The position numbers were made by a program, and so were the translations under genes. A DNA stretch of 64,000 nucleotides from Felis catus (taxonomy: Eukaryota): positions 58,282,001 to 58,346,000 of the forward strand of contig NC_058368.1 in assembly GCF_018350175.1 (NCBI RefSeq), written 5' to 3'. Positions 37,441 to 50,307 of the stretch are shown one piece after another. Numbering within the stretch: the first letter of the stretch is position 1; each line of letters starts with the position of its first letter. The notes beneath the pieces were generated by a model, which made no database searches, had not been told where the DNA came from, and saw only the letters and a program-made list of their open reading frames with translations.

Positions 37441-37711
37441 TTTCAGTCCACAGGTTTATAGCACTATTAGGCTAACAAGGGAGGATACCAGGCTGTCACA
37501 GCTAACTCCTTTGAGACAGTCATCATCATTAGGGTACCAGCCTAATGCTGAGGTCAAGTTAGGCCAAGAGTGGAGCTTGTTAAGTTATTATAAAAATTCT
37601 ACTGAAGAGAACTCTAACTGATGTTCTGCCTGATATTTGGTTCTTCCCTTTTTGAAATACTAATATTTAGATGTGTGGACCAATGCATTTATTACTTTTA
37701 AAATGCTAGCA

Positions 37712-37922
37712 GGGGCTCCGGGGTGGCTCAGTTGGTTAAGCATGTCTCTTGGTTTCCACTCAGGTCATGAACTCATGGTTCGTGAATTCCAGCCCCATGT
37801 TGGGCTCTGCAATGACAGTGTGGAGCCTGTTGAGGATTCTCTGTCTCCCTGTCTCTGGCCCTCCCCTATTCTCTCTCTCCCTCTCTCTAAAATAAACAGT
37901 AAATAGACATTGAAAAATAAAT
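37712..37922 (+). mobile_element. Felid SINE (diverged)
   Basis: Canonical layout; TSD ending TGCTAGCA. Confidence 0.93.
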
Positions 37923-39827
37923 AAAGTGCTAGCAAATTTATTGGTTATTAAAAGATAAAAACTAATTTCATTTTTAAGGAAGTAGTATGCTTTTTAGGGG
38001 ATTGAGAAAAATAATGTGAGAGAAGCAAACTTCTTTAATGAATCTTTCTCATATGCAAACTAAAATTTATTTTCTGGGTCAGAAAAAAATCCAGTCAATA
38101 GAAAGATAAAAAATAAAATAAAATAAATCAACCCACATGTGTTTTTTTTTTCTCTTTTTAGGAGAAAAGCCTATCTGACCATATGTTTGTTAAATGAGGA
38201 GTTTGGTTGTGAGATTGGGAAGACATAAGTTGTTTCCCTTTCTTCTTGGTGTTCCTAGGATTTGGGGCCAGAACTTTAGATAGGAAATATATGGGTAAGG
38301 ATGATGCTGCCAGCAAAGGCTAGGGAAATGGAAGGGTGAAGGAAAGTCTAGAGAGATAGTTGACCTATGTGACAGGTGTCAGTCAGTATCATAACTGCAC
38401 TAATAATTTGCTCTCACCAGGTTGTAATTCTGTTATCACAAAATTTTAACAAAGCTTTGAAAATATTACAATTTCGTATAAGATGTGCTTTGGAGATTGA
38501 AAGAATGCCTATGAATGCTATGACAAGCTTTAGGGAGAGATAAAGCAGCTTATAAGTCACCAGTCCTATAAGTCACCTGCTTATAAAGCAGCTTATAAGT
38601 CACCAGTGCTATGATCTTTATGGAATACACAGGGGAGTTGCAGCCATCAAGTGTGAATTCACTGAATAAGGTGACAAGCAGGCATGCAGTACGGCTTTGT
38701 GATGCCCGTGAACATGGCTTACAGACCCCCACATATACATGGGAGAAATTTTGAGTTCCTGAGATCAAGAAAGATGAATACCAGACTAATATTATTTAGA
38801 TGATTTTAGGAAAGGAAATTTAAATTCTAGAATTATCAAAGGTCAATAGCTTAATGAAAAAACATATACTTGATTTCTATCATCTAAAGAAAAAATTACA
38901 TTGCTAGTATTTGTCTGTCAGGACTATACCTTAAATGATGTAGGTTGGTCATCTACTTACCCAATGTTTGTGCAGTCCATTTGTAGAAATAATTAACAAT
39001 GACCAATAGCCCTACTATTTCTATACAGAGTTTTGTGCCTGATGAATACTGTGGATCTGTTTCTGAAGTAGACAATTTAGGAGGGCCAAAGTTTCTTCCC
39101 TGTTTACTTATAAACTTATTATTTCCTCTTATTGAGAGGGTGTGCAAGGCATTGGACACTATTTGCAATATGACTCCATTGGCTGTGTACAAGGAGGTCA
39201 TTAATTTAGATTCTAGATTAGATTGTATAGTATTAGATTGTATACTAAGTACTTTGTCACAGTAATGAGGTTTAATTTTCTATATTGATATCTCAGTGGA
39301 AATTTGTGAGTCTATCATCAGATAATATTTTACATGATAATTGTATAGGTTTTTTATGAGAAAAAAATACTTCTTCTAAAATCCTCCAAACCCTCAACTT
39401 TACTCAACATACTATTAACTTTACATGAAAATAATATGATATTATCCTCATAGAAAAAGTGGTTTCTAGTCAACTTTTTAGATTTTTATCATATAGGACA
39501 TAAATGGTCATGAAATAAAGTAAAAGATTTATGTCACACATTCTGATATACACCCTGTTGTACCTAGTTTCACAAAAGCCAAATAAATTAAGAAAAAAAC
39601 CATAAATTCTGTACAAAAATGAGAAAATATAAAAAAAGTGGCCAATGTCATTTTGATGATACCTCATGGAAATTTTTATTTTAGGGTTTTGCTTTTTGTT
39701 TTTCCCATTACATTTATTGATTGATGCATGTATTATTATTTTATTTAAGTATAATGTTTCACTTGAGTTGGAAGCCCATCTTCATATATTTTTACATATC
39801 ACAGAATCTTGTAAAACATTGGGCTTT

Positions 39828-40036
39828 GGGGATGCTTGGGTGGCTCAGTCGGTTAAACATCCAATATCAGCTCAGGTCATGACTTCCTAGGTGTTGGGTT
39901 TGAGCCCAGTGTTGGGCTCTTTGCTGACAGCTCAGAGCCTGGAGCCTGCTTTGAACTCTGTGTCTCTTTCTCTCTCTCTGCCCTTTCCTCCCCACATTCT
40001 GTCTCTCACAAAAATAAATAACATTAAAAAATTTTT
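39828..40036 (+). mobile_element. Felid SINE
   Basis: Canonical layout; degenerate TSD ATT(G/A)GGCTT. Confidence 0.95.
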
Positions 40037-40352
40037 AAAAATTAGGCTTCACCATTTTTAGATTTATTTTGACAATAAACTACAAGTAAAAAAAATTGTG
40101 CTGTGTGTCTGTCAAGTATCTAGATGAATGCCAAACAGTTGTTTATTTAATATTTACATTAAATTTTGGATTCTAGATTAAGCTTCAGTTTTGCTAAACA
40201 GAACTAAATAGATGAAAGTGTTATGTTAGAGAGGCATATTGAACAATCCAAAATCTGAGGAACTGACTTCATTAGACCTCCTTAGTCTGCTGGCATCATC
40301 ATTATCATCATCATAATTATTATCATTAAAATTAATATCTGAAAGAAGTTTT

Positions 40353-40537
40353 TTGTAATGTTTATTTATTTTTGAGAGAGAGAGACAGAGAGACAGAGAG
40401 ACAAAGAGAGAAAGAGAATCTGAAGCAGGCTCCATGCTGTCAGCACAAAGCCCGACATGGGGCTTGAACCCATGACCCTGAGATCACGACCTGAGCCAAA
40501 GTCAGATGCTCAAAAGACTGAGCCACCCAGGTGCCCC
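40353..40537 (-). mobile_element. Felid SINE
   Basis: Reverse SINE; TSD AAAGAAGTTTT. Confidence 0.95.
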
Positions 40538-42149
40538 AAAAGAAGTTTTAAGACACATAAAGGAGGTACTAAACTATCCCATAGTGAATACAAGACAGAC
40601 AGGTGGAAATATAATATGCGTATGCCTTTTGGAAATTTTTACTAACAGTAATTTTATCGTTTTTTGCCACAATAATATCTCTTTGTCCCAGTGCAATTTC
40701 TTAAGTGTCCATTTGCTGAAACCTCCTTGAAATCTCAATTTCTACCCTTTCCATTTTTCAACTTGCAATTTACCAGATACTGTCTCAGAGACTCTTTAAA
40801 GATTTAGAACTGTGAACATGAAGCTTTCTTTTGCAATATTCTTGCTAATGGATATTTTCCAAGCAATTTGTGTAACACTACAAGCTCACTTGTGTAAGAG
40901 TGCATTTGCTTTTCTGTTCCAGTTCATTGTAGGACATACCCAAAATCAATACACAGTGTGGAGAAATAGTACCTCAGGGAAAATAGCCTGGTTTAGCAAT
41001 GGTTGTATATATGCTTATTGACAAAAGGGTCCATAAAAATATGAGTGTTATGCTTTGCTTTTAAAAGTTTAAAGGATAGCTCTGTCAATGAAAGTTCTTA
41101 CCAGGCAAAGACTAGATCACACAAACATGAATTCAAAGGAATATGCATTACAATGTAAGTTATTCATTACATTGAATATGAAAATTATATTTCTAATTAT
41201 GTGTCAAATTGAAAAATATTCATCTTCTAAAACCTCAGTTTTATTTTGAAATTTGAATTGTGAAGTTAATAGTCTTTAGTGTATTATCTTTGAGACCATA
41301 ACAATCACTTGTAACATACCTTGCTTTTTAATTAGTTCAATTTTTCATATTTATTTATTTTTCAACCTCATGGTCAAATACCTTCAGTTCCTTATAAAAT
41401 TTTTCTGACATATTTTTAAAACAATTTAATATTCAAAATACCGTTCCAAAAACTGCCTAATGTAAATATATAATATATGGTGAGTATATCTCCATATTAT
41501 ATAGGATACCATATTTAATACTATCTACAACTCTGTGAAGAAAGTTTCCACTTCATACTATAGTTGAGGTGATAAAGCTATCCAGAAATGTTGAGTTTCA
41601 GGTAGAATTTTAAATAACTTTCATTGGAATCAAAAGATTTATCATCAACATTTTTAATCACCTAAGAATTACTTGTCGATATATCTTTCAAACCTCTTTC
41701 AAAAATCCAGAAACAGCAAAATTAAAAGCATCAGATCAATAAATAGTATTCAGTATGACCTTATTGTATATATGAGAATTGCTCGTGAACTTGGAGTTTT
41801 CTAATTTAAAAGTGGTATGAAATTCAGAGACCTGAAGTTACAGAATGGTTTATAAAGTGAAAATGAAGAAGTTGTTTAATCTTTACAATACTTGGCTATT
41901 ACAATAGAGGTTTCTAGGTGGCAGGTATTTGGTTAAACAAGATTATCTTATATCATTTTTAAGAAGGTGAAACTTAAGTTTCTTTTATGATTATCAGAGG
42001 CATTTACAAGAAGTAACATAAGTGAAGTCTTATTTATATTCTTGAAATAGGTTAGATTTAGTTTTTCTTACACAGCTAAAATGGTTTTGTCTTCTTAGGG
42101 AATTTTCAAGTACAGTTTCCAGTATGTATGTATGTATGTATTTTCATAT

Positions 42150-43003
42150 GTAATTTATTGTCAAATTGGTGTCCATACAATACCCAGTGTTCATTGAGAT
42201 GTCCTCCTCAATGCCCATCACCCACTTTCCCCTCTCCCCCACCCTCATCAACCTTCAGTTTGTTCTCAGTATTTAACAGTCTCTTATGGTTTGCCTCCTT
42301 CCTTCTCTGTAACTTTTTTTTCCCCTTCCCCTCCCCCCTGGTGTTCTGTTAAGTTTCTCAGGATCAACATATGAGTGAAAATATCTGTCTTTCTCTGCCT
42401 GACTTATTTCACTTAGCATAACACTCTCCAGTTCCATCCATGTTACTATAAATGGCCAGATTTCATTCTTTCCCATTGCTAAGTAGTATTCCATTGTATA
42501 TATAAACCAAATCTTCTTTATTCATTCGACAGTTGATGGATATTTAGGTTCTTTTCATAATTTGGCTATTGTTTAAAGTGCTGCTACAAACATTGGGGTA
42601 CAAGTGTCCCTATGCATCAGCACTCCTGTATCCCTTGGGTAAATTCCTAGCAGTGCTATTGCTGGATCATAGGGTAGATCTATTTTTAATTTTTTGAGGA
42701 ACCTCCACATTGTTTTCCAGAGTGGCTGCACCAGTTTGCATTCCCACCAACAGTGTAAGAGGGTTCCCGTTTCTCCACATCCTCGCCAGCATCTATAGTC
42801 ACCTGATATGTTCATTTTAGCCACTCTGACCGGTGTGAAGTGGTATCTCAGTGTGGTTTTGATTTGTATTTCCCTGATGAGGAGTGATGTTGAGCATCTT
42901 TTCATGTGCCTGTTGGCCATCTGGATGTCTTCTTTAGAAAAGTGTCTATTTATGTCTTCTGCCCATTTCTTCACTGGCTTATTTGTTTTTTCGGGTGTGG
43001 AGT
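42150..43003 (-). mobile_element. Felid L1, 5'-truncated about 850 bp; ORF2 C-terminus with cysteine-rich motif
   Basis: ORF 42573-42974: [58 protein letters not shown]; premature stop, then MEYYLAMGKNEIWPF; degenerate TSD TTCCA(G/T)TATGTAT. Confidence 0.97.
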
Positions 43004-43309
43004 AAAGAATTCCATTATGTATTTAATGTTAACACACTGCTTGGCAGAGTCTCTTTTAGGTCAACAAACTAATTAAGATATACAGAGTCTTTCACCCATG
43101 GTTATTAAAACCAGAGAGATTGATGGATGCAGAGCGTACTGTAAATACAAAACATGTATGCGGTGGGATTTGCTGAGAAAGAGTAGTAAAGGATGTGAAC
43201 AGAGAGAGGCAGATAAGACTTATGGAAGTAATTGTAGAGGTTTTGAAAGCCATCTACTCTAGATTCTTGCATTCATCCCTAATGTGTCATTGAACTCCAC
43301 AATGTATAT

Positions 43310-43545
43310 TAACCCTCTAGCTACAAGATGAGTACGTTCTAGATATCTCATTTCAACACAGTGCTTATAGTTAATAGTACTGTATTATGTACTTAAAATT
43401 TGCTGAGAGAGTAGACCTTAAGTGTTCTCACCACATGCATACAGAAATAAATAACTAAGGTGATGGATTGTTAATTAACTCAATTTCAGTAATCACTTCA
43501 CAATGTGCTTATAATTTTATATTTACATTTTTCATCAAAAATAAG
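43310..43545 (+). mobile_element. Old L1MA/L1MB 3' UTR end
   Basis: ATAGTTAATAGTACTGTATTATGTACTTAAAATTTGCTGAGAGAGTAGACCTTAAGTGTTCTCACCAC. Confidence 0.85.
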
Positions 43546-44519
43546 GTAAAATAAGATATCTTTATTTTATATGTAGTGACTTAAAGTTGATTTCTGTAAC
43601 TTGCAACCCCAACAATACAGAAAAGACAATCAGGATATGAAGAAACAAATAGAGAAGAAACATGAATTTCTAGTTTCATGAGACAATGATGAGACAAAGG
43701 CCAGTAATATGAAGTAATCTAAATGACATGCAAATGATGAACTTGGAATATTATAAGAGTTATAAAAGCAGAGAAAGAGGTAGGTGTTAAATAGTCAGGG
43801 ATTGAGGAATGGGGATAAAAAGCAGTGAAGATATAAACTTTATATTAGAGTGTCAATTCACTGTCTTAACATTTACTTTACCCTTCCCTGATACTCCGTA
43901 GGTAATAATCCCTAAATAAGCTTGACCTAAATATTAGGTCATCTTAATTTAATTAATTAATTGATTTATTAAATTGATTCAACCAAAACTTATAGAATAT
44001 CACCAAACTAATATGTCTAATTTTCATGTTAGAAAGAAAATGTTGGAGGAAAAGAGATACTAGTTCTTGTGTTTGTGGGTCCTATATTGATTAAATTATC
44101 ATCAAAGCAAAAATCGGCTGCCATTGCAACGATGGCAAATGCTGTAAGGGAGAAATATTACTGCTAAGATTTTCTGAATTAAGAATACCAGGAAAGGGTT
44201 TCCTGCCAACATGTGTAACTATTTGCAAGAGGGTGGATAATAAGTAGGTGAACTCATGAAAAGGCAACATAACTAGAAGAGAGAGAGAAATGAGAATCAC
44301 AGGGCACGTTATGGCTAGGAAGATTAGTAGAGGTCCAACCAAACAGCAGTTGTAACCTTCATAATGAGAAGGTATTGAAGGTTTTACACAGATTACAGCG
44401 GATAGGTTGGTGAAAACAGCAAAATAATCCAGTTGAGAGATAATGGTACTGCAGACAAGATGTTTAATAGTGGAGATGTAGAAATCTGAACACAATAGAG
44501 ATATATGGGAGATACAATT

Positions 44520-44950
44520 AGTAGAAAACAGTAGGGACAAATCTTCCATACAGAACTTTTCCAGATAATAAATGTAGGTAGTTCCACCTCTTCCAAGTAG
44601 AGATAAAGCCATTCCTCCATACTATGAGCATGGGCCAGGTGTAGTAATGCATTTCCAAAGAATAGAGTATCGAAAGGGAAAATGGTAATTTAACAGTGGA
44701 TGAATTGGGCAGACACCATTTTATTCAAACGATCAAAGTAAGCATCATTAGTGGTAGATCATGTTGACATCATCCCTTGATATGATAAGAGAAGGAAAAT
44801 ACACCTTTCCAGTACTTTTTTCCTAAAAGCCTGTAGCTCCAGTTTAATCATGAGAAGACACCAAACAAATAACATCTTAGAAATTATCTGACCAATACTC
44901 TTCCAAAGTATCAAGATTATGGAAAACAAAAAAAGAATGAGATGGTGTCA
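44520..44950 (+). mobile_element. Old L1 (L1MC/MD-like) 3' UTR fragment
   Basis: TTCCAAAGAATAGAGTAT..GTAATTTAACAGTGGA..GGCAGACACC; CCAGTTTAATCATGAGAA; TGACCAATACTCTTC. Confidence 0.75.
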
Positions 44951-46792
44951 TTTGATTTCTCTGATTAAACAGGGAAAAAAATCTTAATGCGGTTTGCAAT
45001 GTGTTGAGAAGTACATATGAATTAAGAAAATAGATACCACCAGTGACAACAATTCCTTAAGTGAGAATGAGGGAATAGGATTATAATATTCAGTTTAATG
45101 TTTGATATCCTATAAACGAGTGGATTTTTTCATAGCTACTAGTTGGAATATCTTTACAGGGAAAATCAGTCAAGTGGAAAGGTTTCAAGGTGCATTATGA
45201 CAATGGAAAATTTAGTTGCAGTTTCTAGGATCTGGTTGAAATTCCTGGCTTCAAAAGTATATTGAGATCAATTTGCCATGTTTTTTTTTTTGCAAATGAT
45301 GCTTTGCTTCTATGATGTGAGCACAAAAAGAATAGACACCTGTGCTCACCCATGCCTATGATGGTATGCAGCGAAGTGAATGTAACAAATAGACAGACTA
45401 GTCAAAAGAAATCAGAATTTTGGCTAATTTGTAATGGAAATTATATAACACAGAGCCTGAGTAGTCATGGAGAAGAGAGAAAGCAAAATAAAAACAAACA
45501 AGCTGGTTGGATTAGTAAATAAGGTCATTAGCTACTTACAAAAACTGGTTTAAGTAACATGGTGTGCCTAGTGAATTTTGAGGAAAGGAGACAATAATTT
45601 TAGACAATGATTAATAATACCCTTTACACTACTAGAAAGCAAAGAGGTGCTTCTTCAAAGGTAATGGCTTAAAGCTGTAGCTAATCTGACAATTTTTATG
45701 TAACTGGATGTTTAGCAAGATGTTTACTCTTTTATTGCAATTATCACTAAGCCGAAAATAGGGGGAGGGGAGATTCACATTCTAGAGATCACTAATAGAT
45801 ATATCCTAATAGGATAAAATTAGTAACAGCAGAATGACCCTGCAACCACAACCATTACTTTGTTCCACCACTGCACATGCAGAAGATAACACTTGAATAA
45901 TTAAGTGGATAAACTTGTAGTTTTCAGAAGGAAAGTGTTCATGATGAAAGGTTCTTTTTCCACAGGGAGTAAAAGTTAATATTCCCTTAAACTTTGTGAG
46001 GAGACTACAAGAGGTTTAGAAACAGAGTTTGGAAGTACCTGCAAAAAGAGGAGATGAAATATAATTTCCTGGTTGAGCCCTGCTGAATCAAGTGATTTGG
46101 TAATCTGCATTGCATGCCTTTTTTTGTAGAAGATAATAAGACAAAGGAAGACATGAAAGAGGAGGGACAGAATTCATTAGAAAGAGCTATTTTACTTGGT
46201 AAAAATATATTCTTTCCCTGAAAGTCCAAGTGCACAATAAGGAAGCAGACTAGGCTTGAGTACAGAAGGTGGCATCTTCCATAAGGAAGCCTCAAGAGCC
46301 AGAGGAGGTTATATCAGAAGACATCTCTATACAGTGAAAGCCCTATTGCTGGTGAAAGAGTAGTAATTTGGGCTTGGACAGTCAGGCAAGACCTACAGCA
46401 ATACCAGCTTGAAGTAGTAGAGTAAGAAGAGTCCCCCTGCCCTCCCACTTTTCCCTCTACTTTCTCTTAATGACTTTGAGTCAAAACCCAAAGAGAAAAT
46501 ATGACTAAGTGGAGAAATATTGAAAAAACAGACCATATTATTTCCCCGTGTCCAGTCATTAATGCCAGAACTATCTGCCACTGGGATGATAAGAAAAATA
46601 CATGTTTGAAGTTTAAATAAGATTACATTTTATCACTGTATTTTATACATATATGTAGATAATAATAAATGATATCTGCCAAGTATGCTGTAGTGGGACT
46701 TAAAAAAGCACAGCTGAAGATAGTGACAAAACAATTATTCCATATTGATATATCACTGAATTTAGACTGTCCAATAAATCAGTTTCATTTGT

Positions 46793-47447
46793 CTTTTTTT
46801 TCAAATTTTTACTTAAATTCTAGTCGGTTAGCATATGGTGTAACATTGGTTTCAGGAATAGAATTTATTCATCACTTACAAATAACACCAAGTGCTCAAC
46901 ACAAATGCCCTCCTTAATACCCATCACTCATTTAGCAGATCCCCCATGCACCTACCCTCTATTAACCTTCAGTTTGTTCTCTGTAGTTGAGTCTCTTATG
47001 CTTTGTTTCCCTCTCTCTTTTCTTTCCCTTCCCCTATATTCATCTGTTTTGTTTCTTAAATTCCACGTATGAGTGAAATCATGTGATATTTGTCTTTCTC
47101 TGATTGACATCTTCTGCTTAGCATAATACACTCTACCTCCATCCACGTCATTGCAAATGGAAAGATTTCAATCTTTTTGATGGCTAAGTGATATTCCATT
47201 GTATATGTATACCACCTCTTCTTTATCCATTCATCAGTCTTTGGACATTTGGGCCCTTTCCATATTTTGGCTATTGTTGGTAATGATGCTATATACATTG
47301 GGGTGCATGTGCCACTTTGAATAAGCATTTTTGAATCCTTTGGGTAAATGCCTAGTATTGCAATTGCTGGATCATAGGGTACTTCTGTTTTTAGCTTTTT
47401 GAAGAACCTCCATACTGTTTTCCATAGTGGCTGCACCAGTTTGCATT
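46793..47447 (-). mobile_element. Carnivore/felid L1, 5'-truncated about 650 bp
   Basis: ORF 47056-47436: QPLWKTVWRFFKKLKTEVPYDPAIAILGIYPK..TCTPMYIA..DEWIKKRWYTYTMEY..EKDKYHMISLIRGI is the L1 ORF2 C-terminus; 3' UTR follows. Confidence 0.96.
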
Positions 47448-47474
47448 TGTAGGGCTTTAAAAAGAGCTATAAAT

Positions 47475-47690
47475 GGGGCACCTGGGTGGCTTATTCCGTT
47501 AAGCATCCAACTTTTGATTTTGGCTCAGGTCATGATCTCACAGTTTGTAAGATCAAGCCCTGCATCCAGCTCTGCACTGTCAGCACAGAACGTGCTTGGG
47601 ATTCTCTCTCTCTCACTCTCCCTGCCCCTCTCCTGCTCATGCTTTCTCTCTCTATCTCTCAAAAATAAATAAATAAAAATTTTAAAAATT
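47475..47690 (+). mobile_element. Felid SINE
   Basis: Canonical; TSD AAAAAGAG(C/G)TATAAA. Confidence 0.96.
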
Positions 47691-49321
47691 AAAAAGAGGT
47701 ATAAAGAGTCAAAATTTTAAAAGGCAATACAATTTATAACATGGTACCAGAAAAAGTAGGAATGATGACATACAAAGAATAAGTATAAAAATATGATTTG
47801 GATAGAAGGAGCATTTTAATGCAAAAATAATTTAAAAATTAAAAAATCATGAAATTATGAAAAAAACAGAAAAGCTATCTAGGTTGAACTGCTGTACAAT
47901 AAATAAAGTCATCATATTGCTAAGATATGGAACTAATAATTACATTCGGTATAAACCACTGATTATAGCATATCTTACCAGAGGAAAGCATTGGAAAATT
48001 CTAATATACAAAACCACTATCTCTTTTGGGGCCAGAGGTATGTTAAATAGTGATTATTGCTTTCTTATGTAATTATAATTGCTTTCCATATGCAACAGCA
48101 TAAGGAAAAACATATCTCTTTACCAGACATCCACTTGCTATTCTGAATTGGGTGATAATGGGCAGTGTCAGCCCATGAGAGAGCTGTAGACTATCATGCA
48201 CTATTTGCACTGATAGTATTAGTAAACCAGGAATTACCTTTATAAATTCTTTCAGAACTTGACTTTTTTCTTACTGAGTTGTATTAATTAACAACATCCC
48301 TTCAGTTAATATTATAAACTTTCAGGTTTCAAGAGTTAACTCTGCATTATTTACTTGGCATAAACCATGGTTCTGTAGTTTATAGCTCATAGTTAGATGC
48401 CCAAAGTTTCTATAGTAGGGTCTGAGTAGATTACTACTCTTGGCATTTGACTTTAGAGGCATTTGGCTTTAATTGCTCTTGAAAATATAAGAAACGTAAT
48501 ACTCTTTCCAAAGTTGATTGTCTACAAAATTAATCTCTAGTATATTATTTCATGAAGGCCCATTATCCCTGTCTACCTTTCTGTGTCAAGAGATAATCCG
48601 GTGTGTCTGTCACCAACAGAGCATTAAAGACTTAAAACAGTTGTCAAACATTATGCTCCACTTATCTGGTAGGCAGTGCTGAACAATCAACATTAGATAA
48701 TCAGATCATTTCTCTTGTGTTTTTTAGCATTAATCTGAGTTAACAGTCATGATTGGCAGTCACATAATTGTTAATCATGTTTTTATTTTTCTTCCTACAA
48801 CCAGAATCACATCACTGTATTATAGATACTGGGTATATCACTTACTTTGTAGATGTTGTCAAATATCATTAAAGCTTCAAGTATAATATTTCTACAACAA
48901 AGCTCCTTGTAATGCCTGGGATGCATAACATCTGGCCTTCCATATTTTTAGCTACACAATGTTTAGTATCAGATCCTTCTCTCATAGTTCAGTGTTGATA
49001 GTAGACCTAAGCCTTTTTTTAGGGGATACCAGTTGTTTGAGTATATTTAATAAAGCTTTACATATGATTTTTTTATAATTGAAATAGTTACATGTTATTT
49101 TGTGTATTAAAAATCATAGTTTGTATATATTTCAAATGTCATTTGAACATTGCCATTTTTTATTAAATCTGGGCTATTCTTCCCCAATTTTTTTATCTCA
49201 TTTTTTCTTATCTGTTCTACATTTCTTAGCAAAGAAGTAAATCTAAGACAACATGCCCACAGTATGCTAGACTATTATGGACACATAACATGAGAAATTC
49301 TGTTTGAGTTCAGTTAGTCAA

Positions 49322-49555
49322 GAGGCACCTGATTGGCTTGAGCCAGTTGAGTGTCTGACTCCTGATTTCAGCTCAGGTCATGATCCCAAGGTTGTGGGAC
49401 TGAGCCCTGCATCGGGCTCAGCACTGAGCATGGAGCCTACTTGAGATTCTCTTTCTCTCTCCCTGTTCCCCTCTCCCGCTTGTGCACCATGCACTCTCTC
49501 TCTCTCTCTCTCTCTCTCTAAATTAAAAAATAAAATAAATAAATAAAAATAATAA
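49322..49555 (+). mobile_element. Older carnivore SINE
   Basis: GAGGCACCTGATTGGCT..CAGGTCATGATCCCAAGGTTGTGGGACTGAGCCC; short TSD AGTCAAG. Confidence 0.93.
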
Positions 49556-50307
49556 TCAGTCAAGTTCCCTCATATGATTACCATAATGTGCTATTTGTGT
49601 ATATTGAAAAACCAGGACATCTTCTAAAGCTAAAATAAGATTCAACTGAAAAGAAAAAAAAAATCAATCCTGTCAATGTTATTGTATCAGCCAAGTGTCT
49701 TATCTTACCCATAAATATCATAAAAGAATCTTGGATTTGATTTATGTGAAGATTGTGAAGAGCCTAGTAAAACACTCTAAACAATCCAGTTCATATTGTT
49801 TTATAGAAGGGGACTGAAGAATAGCAATAATAAATAGTTAGAATTCTGAATCCTATGATAATGCTAATTTGGACAATTTCTAAATCTTAGGGTATAGAGT
49901 CATAAAGAAATATTTCTAATTTTCAGATAAGATTTCTTATTTGGTGTAAAACAAAGGAGTCACTACTCTAGAAATTTTGGTTCCAGTACTAGAAACTGTG
50001 CATGACTGAATATTAAAAAAAAGATGCTATATGAAATAAAATGAAGTACAAGGAAAGAATATTAGAGAACACAAATGGTTAAGATACGGATGATGTAAAA
50101 TGAGTAAGTGGTGCAATTACATAAAGTTGGAAACATACAAATTAAAGTTGAAATATAGCTAGCTTAAATGATTTTAAACAATTTAAAATATGTGCTCACC
50201 ATTTTTAAAAATGTAATGACATACATTAGTATTATTTTTCTACTTAAAGCTTATTTAAACAGGAAAATAATTTTTTTCCAATGTCTGTGAAAAAAATATT
50301 TCGAACG

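Noticed and set aside
38540..38607. Repeat-spacer-repeat resembling a minimal CRISPR array
   Set aside because: Only two units, spacer derived from the repeat, mammalian context, no cas genes
44091..44612. Longest ORF in the window (173 aa, minus strand, hydrophobic)
   Set aside because: Overlaps an old L1 3' UTR in antisense and purine-rich L2-like decay; no recognisable domain or splice context
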